Origin: Nitrosopumilus sp.
GTDB lineage: Archaea > Thermoproteota > Nitrososphaeria > Nitrososphaerales > Nitrosopumilaceae
Reading direction: 5' to 3'
Assembly (NCBI GenBank): GCA_965207445.1
Contig: CBDBLX010000002.1
Coordinates: 864,001-928,000 of the forward strand
Length of the DNA stretch: 64,000 nucleotides
Part shown: positions 1-11,293 of the stretch, piece after piece
Layout: each line of letters opens with the position of its first letter
Position numbering within the stretch: the stretch's first letter is position 1
Translations under genes and position numbers: made by a program
Notes under the pieces: model-generated
The model's input: only the letters and a program-made list of their open reading frames with translations
What the model was told of the DNA's origin: nothing
Database searches by the model: none

Positions 1-3000
1 CACATCTTCGACGTCGGCACGGGGAGTCACGTCTCAAGCTTCGGCAGCACCGGCACCGACCCCGGGCAGTTCCAGAATCCCACGGGAATCGCGGTCAATC
101 GTGAGCACATCATGGTGATGGACTCTGAGCGCAAGGACGTCCAGCTGTTTGACCTGTCCGGAAAATACGCGGGCGCGTTCAACCACGCGGGCGCGGGGCA
201 ACTACACGATCCGACCGGCATCACAACGGTCGGGTTCCACACCTTTGTGGCGGACACCGGGGGCGGTGACGCAGTCAGAGCGTTTGTCAACTATCCGTAC
301 GCGTTTACAGGTGATACAGTCAAGGGCGACGGCGACGGACAGTTCCAGAGGATCCAGTCCATTGCAACCAACTCCGAGAATATATTTGTGCTCGACGTGG
401 AGCGCAAGGACGTACAGGTGTTCGACGGGAACGGCACCTATGTCTCAACGATCGGCGGCCCCGGCACCGGAGACGGGCAACTCCAGAGTCCGGTGTCCGT
501 CGCGGCCAACTCAGAGTTTGTGTTCGTGTTGGATAGTCATCAGAAAAAAGAGATCCATAAATTCCGCACCGACGGAGAGTATGTCGAATCGTTCGGCCAG
601 AAAGGCCGCGGCGATAAAGACTTTCGGTCCCCCTCGTATATCGCGGCCAACTCCACGCACGTCTTCGTAACGGATGGACTCAAGGACAAAGTCATGATAT
701 TTGACACCGACGGAGAGTATGTCGAATCGTTCGGCGTTAAGGGCACCGGCAACGGGCAGCTTAGTAACCCGTCTGCCGTCGCGACCAACTCCGCGCACAT
801 ACTGGTGGCCGACCGTAGCCGGGATGTCGTGCTGGTGTATGACTCTTCGGGGATATTTGTCGATGAGTTCGACGGTCCCGGCGACGACGTGTATTTTGGG
901 AGCGTGCGCGGCATGGCGTCCGGCCCAATGCACACGTTCACGGTGGATGCCCCGAACCACAGGGTGTCTGTGTTCGACCTCTCTGGAGAATACGTCTCGG
1001 AACGTCAAGTCACTGGCACGGGGCTTGATCCGTTCGGCGACCCGTACGACATCGTGATCCATGACAAGTACGTACTCGTGGCCGACCGTGATCTACCGTA
1101 CGTGGTCAAGATCGACCGCCTGATGCTCCTCGACACGACGCCTCCATCCTTCACCTCTGCCGCCGTCCTGACGTTTGCCGAGGGTGGGACAAACGAGCAC
1201 AAGTTTACCGCAGACGAGGACGGCGTCACGTTTGCAATCCTCACCCACAACGTGACCGGCACGCCGCTGCCGTCGATAGAACAGGACACGCTGTCCTGGA
1301 CGCCGTCTGACTCTCACGGCGGAGACACGTATAACGTGACGGTGCGGGCCACGGACCCGTCTGACAACCATGGCATCCAGCACCTGATGATCACCGTACT
1401 GGACACGAACACTCCGCCGGTGCTAGGGGAGATCATGGTGCCGGCTGCCCCGATCAGCGCAGAGCTTGTGATAGAGTTGTCGGCCACCGACGTGGACATC
1501 CCGGAAGATACGCTGACGTTTGCACACAACCACACGTCCGGCGAGATACGTTCCACCGGAGACCTGACCGCCGTGTTTGCATGGACGCCGACGCCTGCCG
1601 ACGCGGATGTTCACGTGATCAGGTTCTCCGTATCCGACGGCGAGTACACTGACTTTGAGGACGTCAAGGTAAGGGTTTCTGACTCGACTGCCTTTTTTGC
1701 ATACAATCTTAACGACACATTCAGTGATCCGCGCGACGTGGACTCCAACTCCACGCATGTGTTCGTGATGGATCGCTCAAACCAACGCATCAAAATATAC
1801 GACGCGCAGGGACAGCCTGCATCGTCATTTATCACCGGCGCCGGCATGATCAGCTTCGCAGTTACATCAGATAAAGTATTCGTGGCGTTTCCAGTAAGCG
1901 GAATTGAGAATCAATTTGGTGTAAAATACCAGCAAATCAGGATATACAACCATTCCGGCACCAAACTGAGTGAGTTTGAGGGAGGGTTCGTACAAAAGGG
2001 ACACAGTCCGCCCGACGGGGCCTTTCAACAAATCCGGAGGATGTCCGCCAACGACGCGCACCTGTTTGTGACCGACACCTACCAAATCGACGTGCAGGTG
2101 TTTAACCACAACGGCGGTTTTGTGGGCACTCTTGCACACAACTCACTGGGCAGCCCGAATGCCGTCACGGCCACATCCGCGCACGTCTTTGTGACTGACG
2201 CGCTTGCTGACAGAGTGCACATCTTTGACGCCGGCACGAGGAGTCACGTCTCAAGCTTCGGCAGCACCGGCACCGGCCCCGGGCAGTTCGATAACCCCGC
2301 GGGCATCGCCGCCAACCCGGTGCACATCATGGTGATGGATTCTGGCCGCGACGACGTCCAGATGTTTGACCTGTCCGGACGCTATGCAGGCGCGTTTACC
2401 CACACGGGCGCGGGGCAGCTGCACGATCCGACCGGCATCACGACAGTCGGGTTCCACACCTTTGTGGCGGACACTGGAGGCGGCGACGCGGTCAGGGTGT
2501 TTGACAATTACCCGTACGCGTTTGCAGGCGATATAGTCAAGGGCGACGGCGACGGGCAGTTCAAAAAGATCCGCTCGGTCGCGACCAACTCCGAGAACGT
2601 GTTCGTGCTCGACGCGGAGCGCAAGGACGTGCAGGTGCTCGACGGGAACGGCAATTATGTCTCAAAGATCGGCGGCCCCGGCACCGGCGACGGGAGTTTT
2701 ACGGTTCCGGTGTCCGTCGCGGCCAACTCTGAGTTCGTGTTCGTGGCAGACTCCAACAGGGACGACGTCCAGATATTTGACACCGACGGTACTTTTGTAG
2801 GCAAGTTCGGCGGCAGACACGGGACGGATCCCGGCAAGTTCCAATCCCCTGCGTATATCGCGGCCAACTCCACACACGTCTTCGTAACGGATGTCCGCAG
2901 GGACGACGTCCAGATATTTTACGCCAACGGGACCTTTATCTCAAAGTTCGGCGATAAGGGCGTCGGCCACGGGCAGCTCCAATACCCGTCTGCCGTCGCG

Positions 3001-6000
3001 GCCAACTCCACACACATACTGGTGGCCGACCGCGACAGGGACGTCGTGCTGGTGTTTGACTCTTCGGGAAGGTTTGTCTCGGAGTTTGGCAAGCAGGGCA
3101 GGGGCGACGGCGCGTTTGAGGATGTGCGCGGCATGGCGCCCGGCTCCCCGCACATGTTCATGGTGGATTCCGAAAACCACAGGGTGTCTGTGTTTGCACC
3201 CTCGGGAATCTTCGGCACGCAGTATGGGGGCGAAGGCACGGGGCTTGATCCGTTCGGCGACCCGTACGACATCGTGATCCATGACAAGTACGTGCTCGTG
3301 GCCGACCGCGATCTCCCGTACGTGGCCAAGATCGACCTCTCGGAGTTCGCATTTGACACGACGCCACCGACGCTCGTCATATCAGATATAACAGTAGGCG
3401 CCACAGATATCGAGACCACAGTCAACCTCGGATTCCCATCGATCTCAGATGAGTATGGCGGTCCATATGTAGTGACGCACAATGTCACGGGGGCACACGA
3501 GGTCGCCACTGCCGCAGTCAACGCGTCGTTTAGGGTGGGCACCCACGTGATACAGTGGAGCGCCACGGATTCATCGGGAAACAGAGGCACCGCTGAGCAG
3601 CGTGTGACGGTCTCAGATACGACACCACCGTATGATTTGCGACTAAAAGGCGACGACCCAGTTTCCATACATATCGGGACCCCGTACACTGACGCGGGCA
3701 TATATTGCTTTGACACGTTTGATCTCTCTCCAATGACTACGGACAACAGCAGCTTGATAGACGCGTCCGTGGCCGGAACGTACCGGATTGCGTACTCGTG
3801 TCAGGACGCCTCCGGCAACGAAGCCGAACAGCAAGTATTCAGGACCGTTATAGTACTTGGGACGCCGGCCGCGCCCGCGGGACTGACCACCTCCCCTGGC
3901 AACGCGCAGGTTGTGCTGTCGTGGACCGAACCCGATGACGGCGGCTCTCCGGTCACCGGCTATATGGTAGAGTACAGCTCCGATGGCGGCACGTCGTGGA
4001 GCGCGTTTGGAGATGGTACCGGCACGGCCACCTCTGTTACGGTCACGGGACTGACAAACGGCCAGCAGTACGAGTTCCGCGTGAGCGCTACCAACGCGGT
4101 GGGGATGGGCCCCGCCTCCGGCACGGTCTCTGCCACGCCTGATGCCCCAGATACAGTGACGCGTCCGGGCCCGCCGACCGGGCTGGCCGCCACCCCTGAC
4201 AACGCGCAGGTTGTGCTGTCGTGGTCTGCCGGAAACGATGGCGGCTCTCCGGTCACCGGTTATGTGGTAGAGTACAGCTCCGACGGTGGCACGTCGTGGA
4301 GCACGTTTGGAGATGGTACCGGCACGGCTACCTCTGTTACGGTCACGGGACTGACAAACGGCCAGCAGTACGAGTTCCGCGTGAGCGCCACGAATGCAGA
4401 GGGCACGGGCCCAGCGTCCGGCACGGAGTCTGCCACCCCGCGCGGCCCGCCAGGCGCGCCCACCGGACTGACCGTCACCCCCGGCAACGCGCAGGTCGTG
4501 CTGTCGTGGACCGAACCAGATGACGGCGGCTCCCCGATCACGGACTACGTCATAGCCACAAGAACTACTGGCTCGTGGATCATATATACAGATGGCACCG
4601 GCACGGGCACCAACGCCACCGTCACAAACCTGGAAAACGGTGTTAACCGCAGTTTTTACGTTTATGCTATAAACGAGGCCGGCCGTGGACCCATCTCCAC
4701 AATAGTGTATGCCACGCCGCGCACAGTCCCGGCCGCGCCCGCGGGACTGGCCGCCTCCCCGGGCGACGCGCAGGTTGTGCTGTCGTGGACCGAACCTGGT
4801 AGCGATGGCGGCTCCCCGGTCACTGGATACACCGTGGAGCAGCGGTCAGGCAGCGCCGCCGCGTGGGAACTGTCTGCCGTCAGCCCCGTCACCGTCACCA
4901 ACGCCACCGTCACGGGCCTGACAAACGGCCAGCAGTACGAGTTCCGTGTAAACGCCACCAACGCGGCCGGCACGGGACCCGCCTCTGATGCCGTACCTGC
5001 CACGCCGCGCACAGTCCCGGCCGCGCCCGCGGGACTGGCCGCCTCCCCGGGCGACGCGCAGGTTGTGCTGTCGTGGACCGAACCTGGCAGCGATGGCGGC
5101 TCCCCGGTCACTGGATATACCGTGGAGCAGCGGTCAGGCAGCGCCGCCGCGTGGGAACTGTCTGCCGTCAGCCCCGTCACCGTCACCAACGCCACTGTCA
5201 CGGGCCTGACAAACGGCCAGCAGTACGAGTTCCGTGTAAACGCCACCAACGCGGCCGGCACGGGACCCGCCTCTGATGCCGTACCTGCCACACCGCGCAC
5301 AGTCCCGGCCGCGCCCGCGGGACTGGCCGCCTCCCCGGGCGACGCGCAGGTTGTGCTGTCGTGGACCGAACCTGATGACGGCGGCTCCCCGGTCACCGGC
5401 TATATGGTAGAGTACAGCTCCGACGGCGGCACGTCGTGGAGCCCGTTTGGAAACGGCACCGTCACGGCTACCTCTGTTACGGTCACAGGCCTGACAAACG
5501 GCCAGCAGTACGAGTTCCGCGTGAATGCCACCAACGCGGCCGGCACGGGCCCCGCCTCCGGCACGGCCTCTGCCACGCCGCGCCCCGCTCCGGACAAAGT
5601 GACGCCTCCGGGCCCGCCGACCGGGCTGGCCGCCACCCCTGACAACGCGCAGGTCATGCTGTCGTGGTCTGCCGGAAACACGGGCGGCTCCCCGATCACC
5701 GACTATACCATCGAGTATAGCTCGGATTCCGGCATCACGTGGAAAGTGTTTCCGACCTCTGGAATTCTTCTGTTTGTCACCGTCACAAGCCTGGAAAACG
5801 GTGTGGACTACCAGTTCCGCGTGAATGCCACCAACGCGGCCGGCACGGGCCCCGCGTCAAACACTGCGTCTGCCACGCCGCGCACAGTCCCGGCCGCGCC
5901 CACCGGGCTGACCGCCTCCCCGGGCGACGCGCAGGTCGTGTTGTCGTGGACCGAACCCGATGACGGCGGCTCCCCGGTCACTGGATACACTGTGGAGCAG

Positions 6001-9000
6001 CGGTCAGGCAGCGCCGCGTGGGCCACGTCTGCAGTCAGCCCCGTCACCGTCACCGACGCCACCGTCACGGGCCTAACAAACGGCCAGCAGTACGAGTTTC
6101 GCGTCAATGCTACCAACGCGGCCGGCACGGGCCCCGCGTCAAACACCGCGTCAGCCACGCCCTCTGCCCCTGCCACGCCTGACACCGCGCCGCCCGTCAT
6201 AAGTCTCAACAACCCGTCACTCGTACGCGTCGAGGCGGGTGGCACGTATGTGGAGCCCGGCGCCGTGTGCAGTGACGACCGCGACCCCGACAAGGCCGCC
6301 ACAGTCGGGGGCGCGACAGTTGACCCAGACACGATCGGAACCTATGAAGTTACATACAACTGCTCCGACGCCGCAAACAACCCTGCAGCACAGGTGACGC
6401 GCACCGTCCAGGTGAGCGACACCACAATACCCGTAATTACACTGAACGGCAACTCTGCAGTCTCGGTCCCACGGGGCACCTCCTACGCGGACGCGGGCGC
6501 CTCATGCGATGACACGTTTGACTCCTCGCCGGCGCTGACAGACAACAGCAACGCGATCGATACATCCGCGACAGGGACGTACCAGGTAACGTACTCGTGC
6601 CAGGACGCCTCCGGCAACCAGGCCGCGCAGGTGTCCAGGACAGTCTCCGTGTTCACGACGCCGGGCGCGCCCACCGGGCTGACCGCCTCCCATGGCAACG
6701 CGCAGGTCGTGCTGTCGTGGTCTGCCCCTGGCAGCGATGGCGGCTCCCCGGTCACTGGATACACTGTGGAGCAGCGGTCAGGCAGCGCCGCGTGGGCCAC
6801 GTCTGCAGTCAGCCCCGTCACCGTCACCGACGCCACCGTCACGGGCCTAACAAACGGCCAGCAGTACGAGTTTCGCGTCAATGCTACCAACGCGGCCGGC
6901 ACGGGCCCCGCGTCAAACACCGCGTCAGCCACGCCCTCTGCCCCTGCCACGCCTGACACCGCGCCGCCCGTCATAAGTCTCAACAACCCGTCACTCGTAC
7001 GCGTCGAGGCGGGTGGCACGTATGTGGAGCCCGGCGCCGTGTGCAGTGACGACCGCGACCCCGACAAGGCCGCCACAGTCGGGGGCGCGACAGTTGACCC
7101 AGACACGATCGGAACCTATGAAGTTACATACAACTGCTCCGACGCCGCAAACAACCCTGCAGCACAGGTGACGCGCACCGTCCAGGTGAGCGACACCACA
7201 ATACCCGTAATTACACTGAACGGCAACTCTGCAGTCTCGGTCCCACGGGGCACCTCCTACGCGGACGCGGGCGCCTCATGCGATGACACGTTTGACTCCT
7301 CGCCGGCGCTGACAGACAACAGCAACGCGATCGATACATCCGCGACAGGGACGTACCAGGTAACGTACTCGTGCCAGGACGCCTCCGGCAACCAGGCCGC
7401 GCAGGTGTCCAGGACAGTCTCCGTGTTCACGACGCCGGGCGCGCCCACCGGGCTGACCGCCTCCCATGGCAACGCGCAGGTCGTGCTGTCGTGGTCTGCC
7501 CCTGGCAGCGATGGCGGCTCCCCGGTCACTGGATACACTGTGGAGCAGCGGTCAGGCAGCGCCGCGTGGGCCACGTCTGCAGTCAGCCCCGTCACCGTCA
7601 CCGACGCCACCGTCACGGGCCTAACAAACGGCCAGCAGTACGAGTTTCGCGTCAATGCTACCAACGCGGCCGGCACGGGCCCCGCGTCAAACACCGCGTC
7701 AGCCACGCCCTCTGCCCCTGCCACGCCTGACACCGCGCCGCCCGTCATAAGTCTCAACAACCCGTCACTCGTACGCGTCGAGGCGGGTGGCACGTATGTG
7801 GAGCCCGGCGCCGTGTGCAGTGACGACCGCGACCCCGACAAGGCCGCCACAGTCGGGGGCGCGACAGTTGACCCAGACACGATCGGAACCTATGAAGTTA
7901 CATACAACTGCTCCGACGCCGCAAACAACCCTGCAGCACAGGTGACGCGCACCGTCCAGGTGAGCGACACCACAATACCCGTAATTACACTGAACGGCAA
8001 CTCTGCAGTCTCGGTCCCACGGGGCACCTCCTACGCGGACGCGGGCGCCTCATGCGATGACACGTTTGACTCCTCGCCGGCGCTGACAGACAACAGCAAC
8101 GCGATCGATACATCCGCGACAGGGACGTACCAGGTAACGTACTCGTGCCAGGACGCCTCCGGCAACCAGGCCGCGCAGGTGTCCAGGACAGTCTCCGTGT
8201 TCACGACGCCGGGCGCGCCCACCGGGCTGACCGCCTCCCATGGCAACGCGCAGGTCGTGCTGTCGTGGTCTGCCCCTGGCAGCGATGGCGGCTCCCCGGT
8301 CACTGGATACACTGTGGAGCAGCGGTCAGGCAGCGCCGCGTGGGCCACGTCTGCAGTCAGCCCCGTCACCGTCACCGACGCCACCGTCACGGGCCTAACA
8401 AACGGCCAGCAGTACGAGTTTCGCGTCAATGCTACCAACGCGGCCGGCACGGGCCCCGCGTCAAACACCGCGTCAGCCACGCCCTCTGCCCCCGTCGTGA
8501 TAACTCACCCTGGTCCACCGACCGGGCTGTCTGCTGTCTCGGTTGACGGAGGGGCCGCGCTGTCGTGGACCGCACCCGCCGACGACGGGGGCTCTGCAAT
8601 CACGGATTATATCATACATTTCAGGGTGGTTGGTGGCACCTCGTGGATCGTATACGTAGACGGTTCTGGTACGGCCACCACCGTCACCGTCACGGGCTTG
8701 GTAAATGGACTGATGTACGACTTTCGCGTGAGCGCCACGAACGTGGCCGGCACAGGACACGTCTCCAATACGTCATCCGCCACGCCCGTCTCCCCATACC
8801 CGGTCCCCCCAGTCCCCGACGACCTGAACAGGGCGGCCGTCTCGTTCACCTCGCCCTCGGGCGGCGACCCTCTAAGGGGAACCATAACACTCGAGCGCCC
8901 CGCCAACAAGACGATGAAGTTCGCGGCCGAGATACGCGAGTGCGTGGTGGACCTGGGCAACGTCGGCAATATCCCTCTCCGGTCGGCTGACATGTGCGGC

Positions 9001-10563
9001 GGCGACGCGCATGCCAGCCTGGACCCCAACGACGCGGGGCGCGACTTTTCGCGCAACGTAATCTGGACGGACTCCAACAAGAACACCGTGTCACACTATG
9101 TCATCCCGACGTACAGGACTATAACCCTAGAGAAGGGCCAACAGACCGCCGACGTCACGTGGCAGACGCACAACGACGGCACGTCGAACGAGCAGTCGTT
9201 CACTGTGGCGGTCCAGCCCCTCACCGGGGGCCCCGTGTACGGACACCACTGGGTGAATCCGGACAGGCCGCCAGCCGGGACGTTCATGTCCCAGTACCAC
9301 TGGAAGGCGCAGATAAACGCCGAGCCGGAGCTGATAATGGTGGCAGGCAGCCCCACTAACGTCACGGAGGGCACAGAACTGCGCGTAGTGGTGCGCGCCA
9401 CCCCGACGGCGGACCCGGCTCTTACGTTCAACTACCACATATCCGACCCACGCAGCGACACAAACCCCAACGGCTTTGTCAACAACAACGCTGAGGGCGA
9501 CAGGACTCATACAGTCCGCGGCGAAAGCAATGTACGCGTCCAGACCCATAACGACAATCAGGACGAGCGCGACGGCACCATCACGGTATCACTGCGCGAC
9601 GGGCCCGGCTACTCCGTGGGCACGCCGCACACCGTCATATTCACTGTGCGGGACAACGACCCAGGCCCACTTGACGGCACCGGCAATAACCCTCAGCCCC
9701 CGACTACAGTCTCAATTGGGCTGGCAGGCGGCGGCTCGGAGGGCGACCCCGTCTCATTTGGCATCGGCGCGTCCCCGGCCCCTCAGTCGCCTTTACCGGT
9801 CAACGTCACCCTTTCGGGCGCCGGGAACGTACTCAACGCCTCCGACGCGGGCTGGCGCATAGTGGAGATCCCGCCGATCGGCTCGTATACGCTGGATGTC
9901 CAGACCATAGACGACGGCGTCATAGACGTCAACAATGTTACGCTCACGATAAACCCAGGCGCCGGCTACACGCCGGGCCAATTTGCAAGCTGGACCGTGG
10001 ACGTCCAGGACGCCGGGACCGGCCAGGATATGGTGCAGCCACCCGTGTACAACAAACTCACACAGGCGCAGAATCTGACGGCAGTCGACATAGACCCGGC
10101 CCTGATTGCAAACGTGACCGCGATGGCGTCCCAGGTGCAACACGGCGCAGATCACGTCGACCGCTGGAACCGCGTGCTGGCCGCGTTCGGCGAGACTGCC
10201 CACGACAACCCGATGACCGCAGCAGAGGCCCGCGACAACGCTGAGAAATACAGCAGCACGCTGTGGCCACTGATAGCCGATGTGCTGATGTTGCTCGCTG
10301 TGGCGGCGGAGCAGGAATCACTCCATGACCAGCAGAAGCCTGCAGTCGACCCGGAGCTCGTCGCCAACGTGACTGCGATGGCGTCCCAGGTGCAGCACGG
10401 CGCAGATCACGTCGACCGCTGGAACCGCGTGCTGGCCGCGTTAGGCGAGATTACCCACGACAACCCTATGACCGCAGCAGAGGCGCAAACCAATGCAGAA
10501 AAGTACAGCAGCCCACTATGGCCGCATATTGCAAAAGTACTGACACATCTTGAATCAAGGTAG
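1..10563 (+). CDS. Giant secreted/surface protein, 5'-truncated by the window edge: NHL beta-propeller repeats, cadherin/HYR-like Ig domains, 12 fibronectin type III domains, 7 DUF5011-like Ig domains, Calx-beta-like region, duplicated C-terminal helical domain
   Basis: Frame is open from position 1. NHL motifs (FxxPxxIAAN...VFVxD), FN3 motifs (PGAPTGL...VVLSW...YEFRVxATN...G), DTTxPVITLNG...YxDAGAxCxD motifs. Visibly GC-rich versus the rest of the window. Confidence 0.9.
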   Translation, partial: HIFDVGTGSHVSSFGSTGTDPGQFQNPTGIAVNREHIMVMDSERKDVQLFDLSGKYAGAFNHAGAGQLHDPTGITTVGFHTFVADTGGGDAVRAFVNYPYAFTGDTVKGDGDGQFQRIQSIATNSENIFVLDVERKDVQVFDGNGTYVSTIGGPGTGDGQLQSPVSVAANSEFVFVLDSHQKKEIHKFRTDGEYVESFGQKGRGDKDFRSPSYIAANSTHVFVTDGLKDKVMIFDTDGEYVESFGVKGTGNGQLSNPSAVATNSAHILVADRSRDVVLVYDSSGIFVDEFDGPGDDVYFGSVRGMASGPMHTFTVDAPNHRVSVFDLSGEYVSERQVTGTGLDPFGDPYDIVIHDKYVLVADRDLPYVVKIDRLMLLDTTPPSFTSAAVLTFAEGGTNEHKFTADEDGVTFAILTHNVTGTPLPSIEQDTLSWTPSDSHGGDTYNVTVRATDPSDNHGIQHLMITVLDTNTPPVLGEIMVPAAPISAELVIELSATDVDIPEDTLTFAHNHTSGEIRSTGDLTAVFAWTPTPADADVHVIRFSVSDGEYTDFEDVKVRVSDSTAFFAYNLNDTFSDPRDVDSNSTHVFVMDRSNQRIKIYDAQGQPASSFITGAGMISFAVTSDKVFVAFPVSGIENQFGVKYQQIRIYNHSGTKLSEFEGGFVQKGHSPPDGAFQQIRRMSANDAHLFVTDTYQIDVQVFNHNGGFVGTLAHNSLGSPNAVTATSAHVFVTDALADRVHIFDAGTRSHVSSFGSTGTGPGQFDNPAGIAANPVHIMVMDSGRDDVQMFDLSGRYAGAFTHTGAGQLHDPTGITTVGFHTFVADTGGGDAVRVFDNYPYAFAGDIVKGDGDGQFKKIRSVATNSENVFVLDAERKDVQVLDGNGNYVSKIGGPGTGDGSFTVPVSVAANSEFVFVADSNRDDVQIFDTDGTFVGKFGGRHGTDPGKFQSPAYIAANSTHVFVTDVRRDDVQIFYANGTFISKFGDKGVGHGQLQYPSAVAANSTHILVADRDRDVVLVFDSSGRFVSEFGKQGRGDGAFEDVRGMAPGSPHMFMVDSENHRVSVFAPSGIFGTQYGGEGTGLDPFGDPYDIVIHDKYVLVADRDLPYVAKIDLSEFAFDTTPPTLVISDITVGATDIETTVNLGFPSISDEYGGPYVVTHNVTGAHEVATAAVNASFRVGTHVIQWSATDSSGNRGTAEQRVTVSDTTPPYDLRLKGDDPVSIHIGTPYTDAGIYCFDTFDLSPMTTDNSSLIDASVAGTYRIAYSCQDASGNEAEQQVFRTVIVLGTPAAPAGLTTSPGNAQVVLSWTEPDDGGSPVTGYMVEYSSDGGTSWSAFGDGTGTATSVTVTGLTNGQQYEFRVSATNAVGMGPASGTVSATPDAPDTVTRPGPPTGLAATPDNAQVVLSWSAGNDGGSPVTGYVVEYSSDGGTSWSTFGDGTGTATSVTVTGLTNGQQYEFRVSATNAEGTGPASGTESATPRGPPGAPTGLTVTPGNAQVVLSWTEPDDGGSPITDYVIATRTTGSWIIYTDGTGTGTNATVTNLENGVNRSFYVYAINEAGRGPISTIVYATPRTVPAAPAGLAASPGDAQVVLSWTEPGSDGGSPVTGYTVEQRSGSAAAWELSAVSPVTVTNATVTGLTNGQQYEFRVNATNAAGTGPASDAVPATPRTVPAAPAGLAASPGDAQVVLSWTEPGSDGGSPVTGYTVEQRSGSAAAWELSAVSPVTVTNATVTGLTNGQQYEFRVNATNAAGTGPASDAVPATPRTVPAAPAGLAASPGDAQVVLSWTEPDDGGSPVTGYMVEYSSDGGTSWSPFGNGTVTATSVTVTGLTNGQQYEFRVNATNAAGTGPASGTASATPRPAPDKVTPPGPPTGLAATPDNAQVMLSWSAGNTGGSPITDYTIEYSSDSGITWKVFPTSGILLFVTVTSLENGVDYQFRVNATNAAGTGPASNTASATPRTVPAAPTGLTASPGDAQVVLSWTEPDDGGSPVTGYTVEQRSGSAAWATSAVSPVTVTDATVTGLTNGQQYEFRVNATNAAGTGPASNTASATPSAPATPDTAPPVISLNNPSLVRVEAGGTYVEPGAVCSDDRDPDKAATVGGATVDPDTIGTYEVTYNCSDAANNPAAQVTRTVQVSDTTIPVITLNGNSAVSVPRGTSYADAGASCDDTFDSSPALTDNSNAIDTSATGTYQVTYSCQDASGNQAAQVSRTVSVFTTPGAPTGLTASHGNAQVVLSWSAPGSDGGSPVTGYTVEQRSGSAAWATSAVSPVTVTDATVTGLTNGQQYEFRVNATNAAGTGPASNTASATPSAPATPDTAPPVISLNNPSLVRVEAGGTYVEPGAVCSDDRDPDKAATVGGATVDPDTIGTYEVTYNCSDAANNPAAQVTRTVQVSDTTIPVITLNGNSAVSVPRGTSYADAGASCDDTFDSSPALTDNSNAIDTSATGTYQVTYSCQDASGNQAAQVSRTVSVFTTPGAPTGLTASHGNAQVVLSWSAPGSDGGSPVTGYTVEQRSGSAAWATSAVSPVTVTDATVTGLTNGQQYEFRVNATNAAGTGPASNTASATPSAPATPDTAPPVISLNNPSLVRVEAGGTYVEPGAVCSDDRDPDKAATVGGATVDPDTIGTYEVTYNCSDAANNPAAQVTRTVQVSDTTIPVITLNGNSAVSVPRGTSYADAGASCDDTFDSSPALTDNSNAIDTSATGTYQVTYSCQDASGNQAAQVSRTVSVFTTPGAPTGLTASHGNAQVVLSWSAPGSDGGSPVTGYTVEQRSGSAAWATSAVSPVTVTDATVTGLTNGQQYEFRVNATNAAGTGPASNTASATPSAPVVITHPGPPTGLSAVSVDGGAALSWTAPADDGGSAITDYIIHFRVVGGTSWIVYVDGSGTATTVTVTGLVNGLMYDFRVSATNVAGTGHVSNTSSATPVSPYPVPPVPDDLNRAAVSFTSPSGGDPLRGTITLERPANKTMKFAAEIRECVVDLGNVGNIPLRSADMCGGDAHASLDPNDAGRDFSRNVIWTDSNKNTVSHYVIPTYRTITLEKGQQTADVTWQTHNDGTSNEQSFTVAVQPLTGGPVYGHHWVNPDRPPAGTFMSQYHWKAQINAEPELIMVAGSPTNVTEGTELRVVVRATPTADPALTFNYHISDPRSDTNPNGFVNNNAEGDRTHTVRGESNVRVQTHNDNQDERDGTITVSLRDGPGYSVGTPHTVIFTVRDNDPGPLDGTGNNPQPPTTVSIGLAGGGSEGDPVSFGIGASPAPQSPLPVNVTLSGAGNVLNASDAGWRIVEIPPIGSYTLDVQTIDDGVIDVNNVTLTINPGAGYTPGQFASWTVDVQDAGTGQDMVQPPVYNKLTQAQNLTAVDIDPALIANVTAMASQVQHGADHVDRWNRVLAAFGETAHDNPMTAAEARDNAEKYSSTLWPLIADVLMLLAVAAEQESLHDQQKPAVDPELVANVTAMASQVQHGADHVDRWNRVLAALGEITHDNPMTAAEAQTNAEKYSSPLWPHIAKVLTHLESR
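4711..5375 (+). repeat. 288-bp near-identical tandem repeat (FN3 unit), about 2.3 copies
   Basis: gccac(g/a)ccgcgcacagtcccggccgcgccc recurs at 4711, 4999 and 5287. Confidence 0.9.
5965..8492 (+). repeat. 774-bp tandem repeat (FN3 + 2 Ig-like domains), about 3.3 apparently identical copies
   Basis: Identical translated blocks and identical antisense ORFs offset by 774 (6483, 7257, 8031). Confidence 0.95.
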
Positions 10564-10901
10564 GTGTTAACCTCGTGCCTAGATTTTTACAATTCGCGTG
10601 ATTTTTTTTGCCCCATCTGATCCAAATGCTACAAGTTGGCATATTCGGTATTAAACGAACCGTCAAAACTAACTAGTGTCACAACATTGCCTAGAAATTC
10701 GTGAGGCGCTGGACGCCTGCCTGCCTGTTGGCGTAGGCGGCTCTATTGCAAGAAAAGTCGATCCGTCTAGGTTCGGGAGGCCGATCGCCGACTATTTTAG
10801 GCTGCACCGATCACGAAGACCTGTGCCAAAGGGGGTCTCAGAAGACGTCAGACAACACATAATCAGAAACCGCGGGAAGGACGTACCTGCATAATAGTTT
10901 C

Positions 10902-10991
10902 ATTAAAGATCTGATAGTTTTCTAATATTTTGTATTCATAATATGTGCTCAACTTCGAGATGAATATCAATCAAAATATCTGATCTTTAAT
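10902..10991. mobile_element. Possible small MITE with ~19-bp imperfect terminal inverted repeats and TTAA at both ends
   Basis: attaaagatctgatagttt ... aaaatatctgatctttaat; single copy in window. Confidence 0.35.
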
Positions 10992-11293
10992 CATATCGGT
11001 ATGCATATTTCGTGCTGGAGCAAAAGCAGTACATGTAGAACATGATACACGAAGCAACGCCAGAGGAATTTGATCTTATGCTAGAGGTGTTTCAAAACAC
11101 GATGTGCACCGGCAAGATGGGTCAGTTCGACAACCACAACCACAACCACAACGCAATGATGCAAGCCGTGTGTTATTGCATGCGACGACATAGAACGACA
11201 CCTGTCAGACAACTGGTGGTTCGTAACTGCCCTGCCTGACGGTAAGATAATAGTCAAGGCAGACGGAAACACGGTCAGAGCATAACGTGAGAG

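Noticed and set aside
27..10367. Many alternative-frame and antisense ORFs inside the giant gene
   Set aside because: Expected shadows of GC-rich repetitive coding DNA; no independent motifs.
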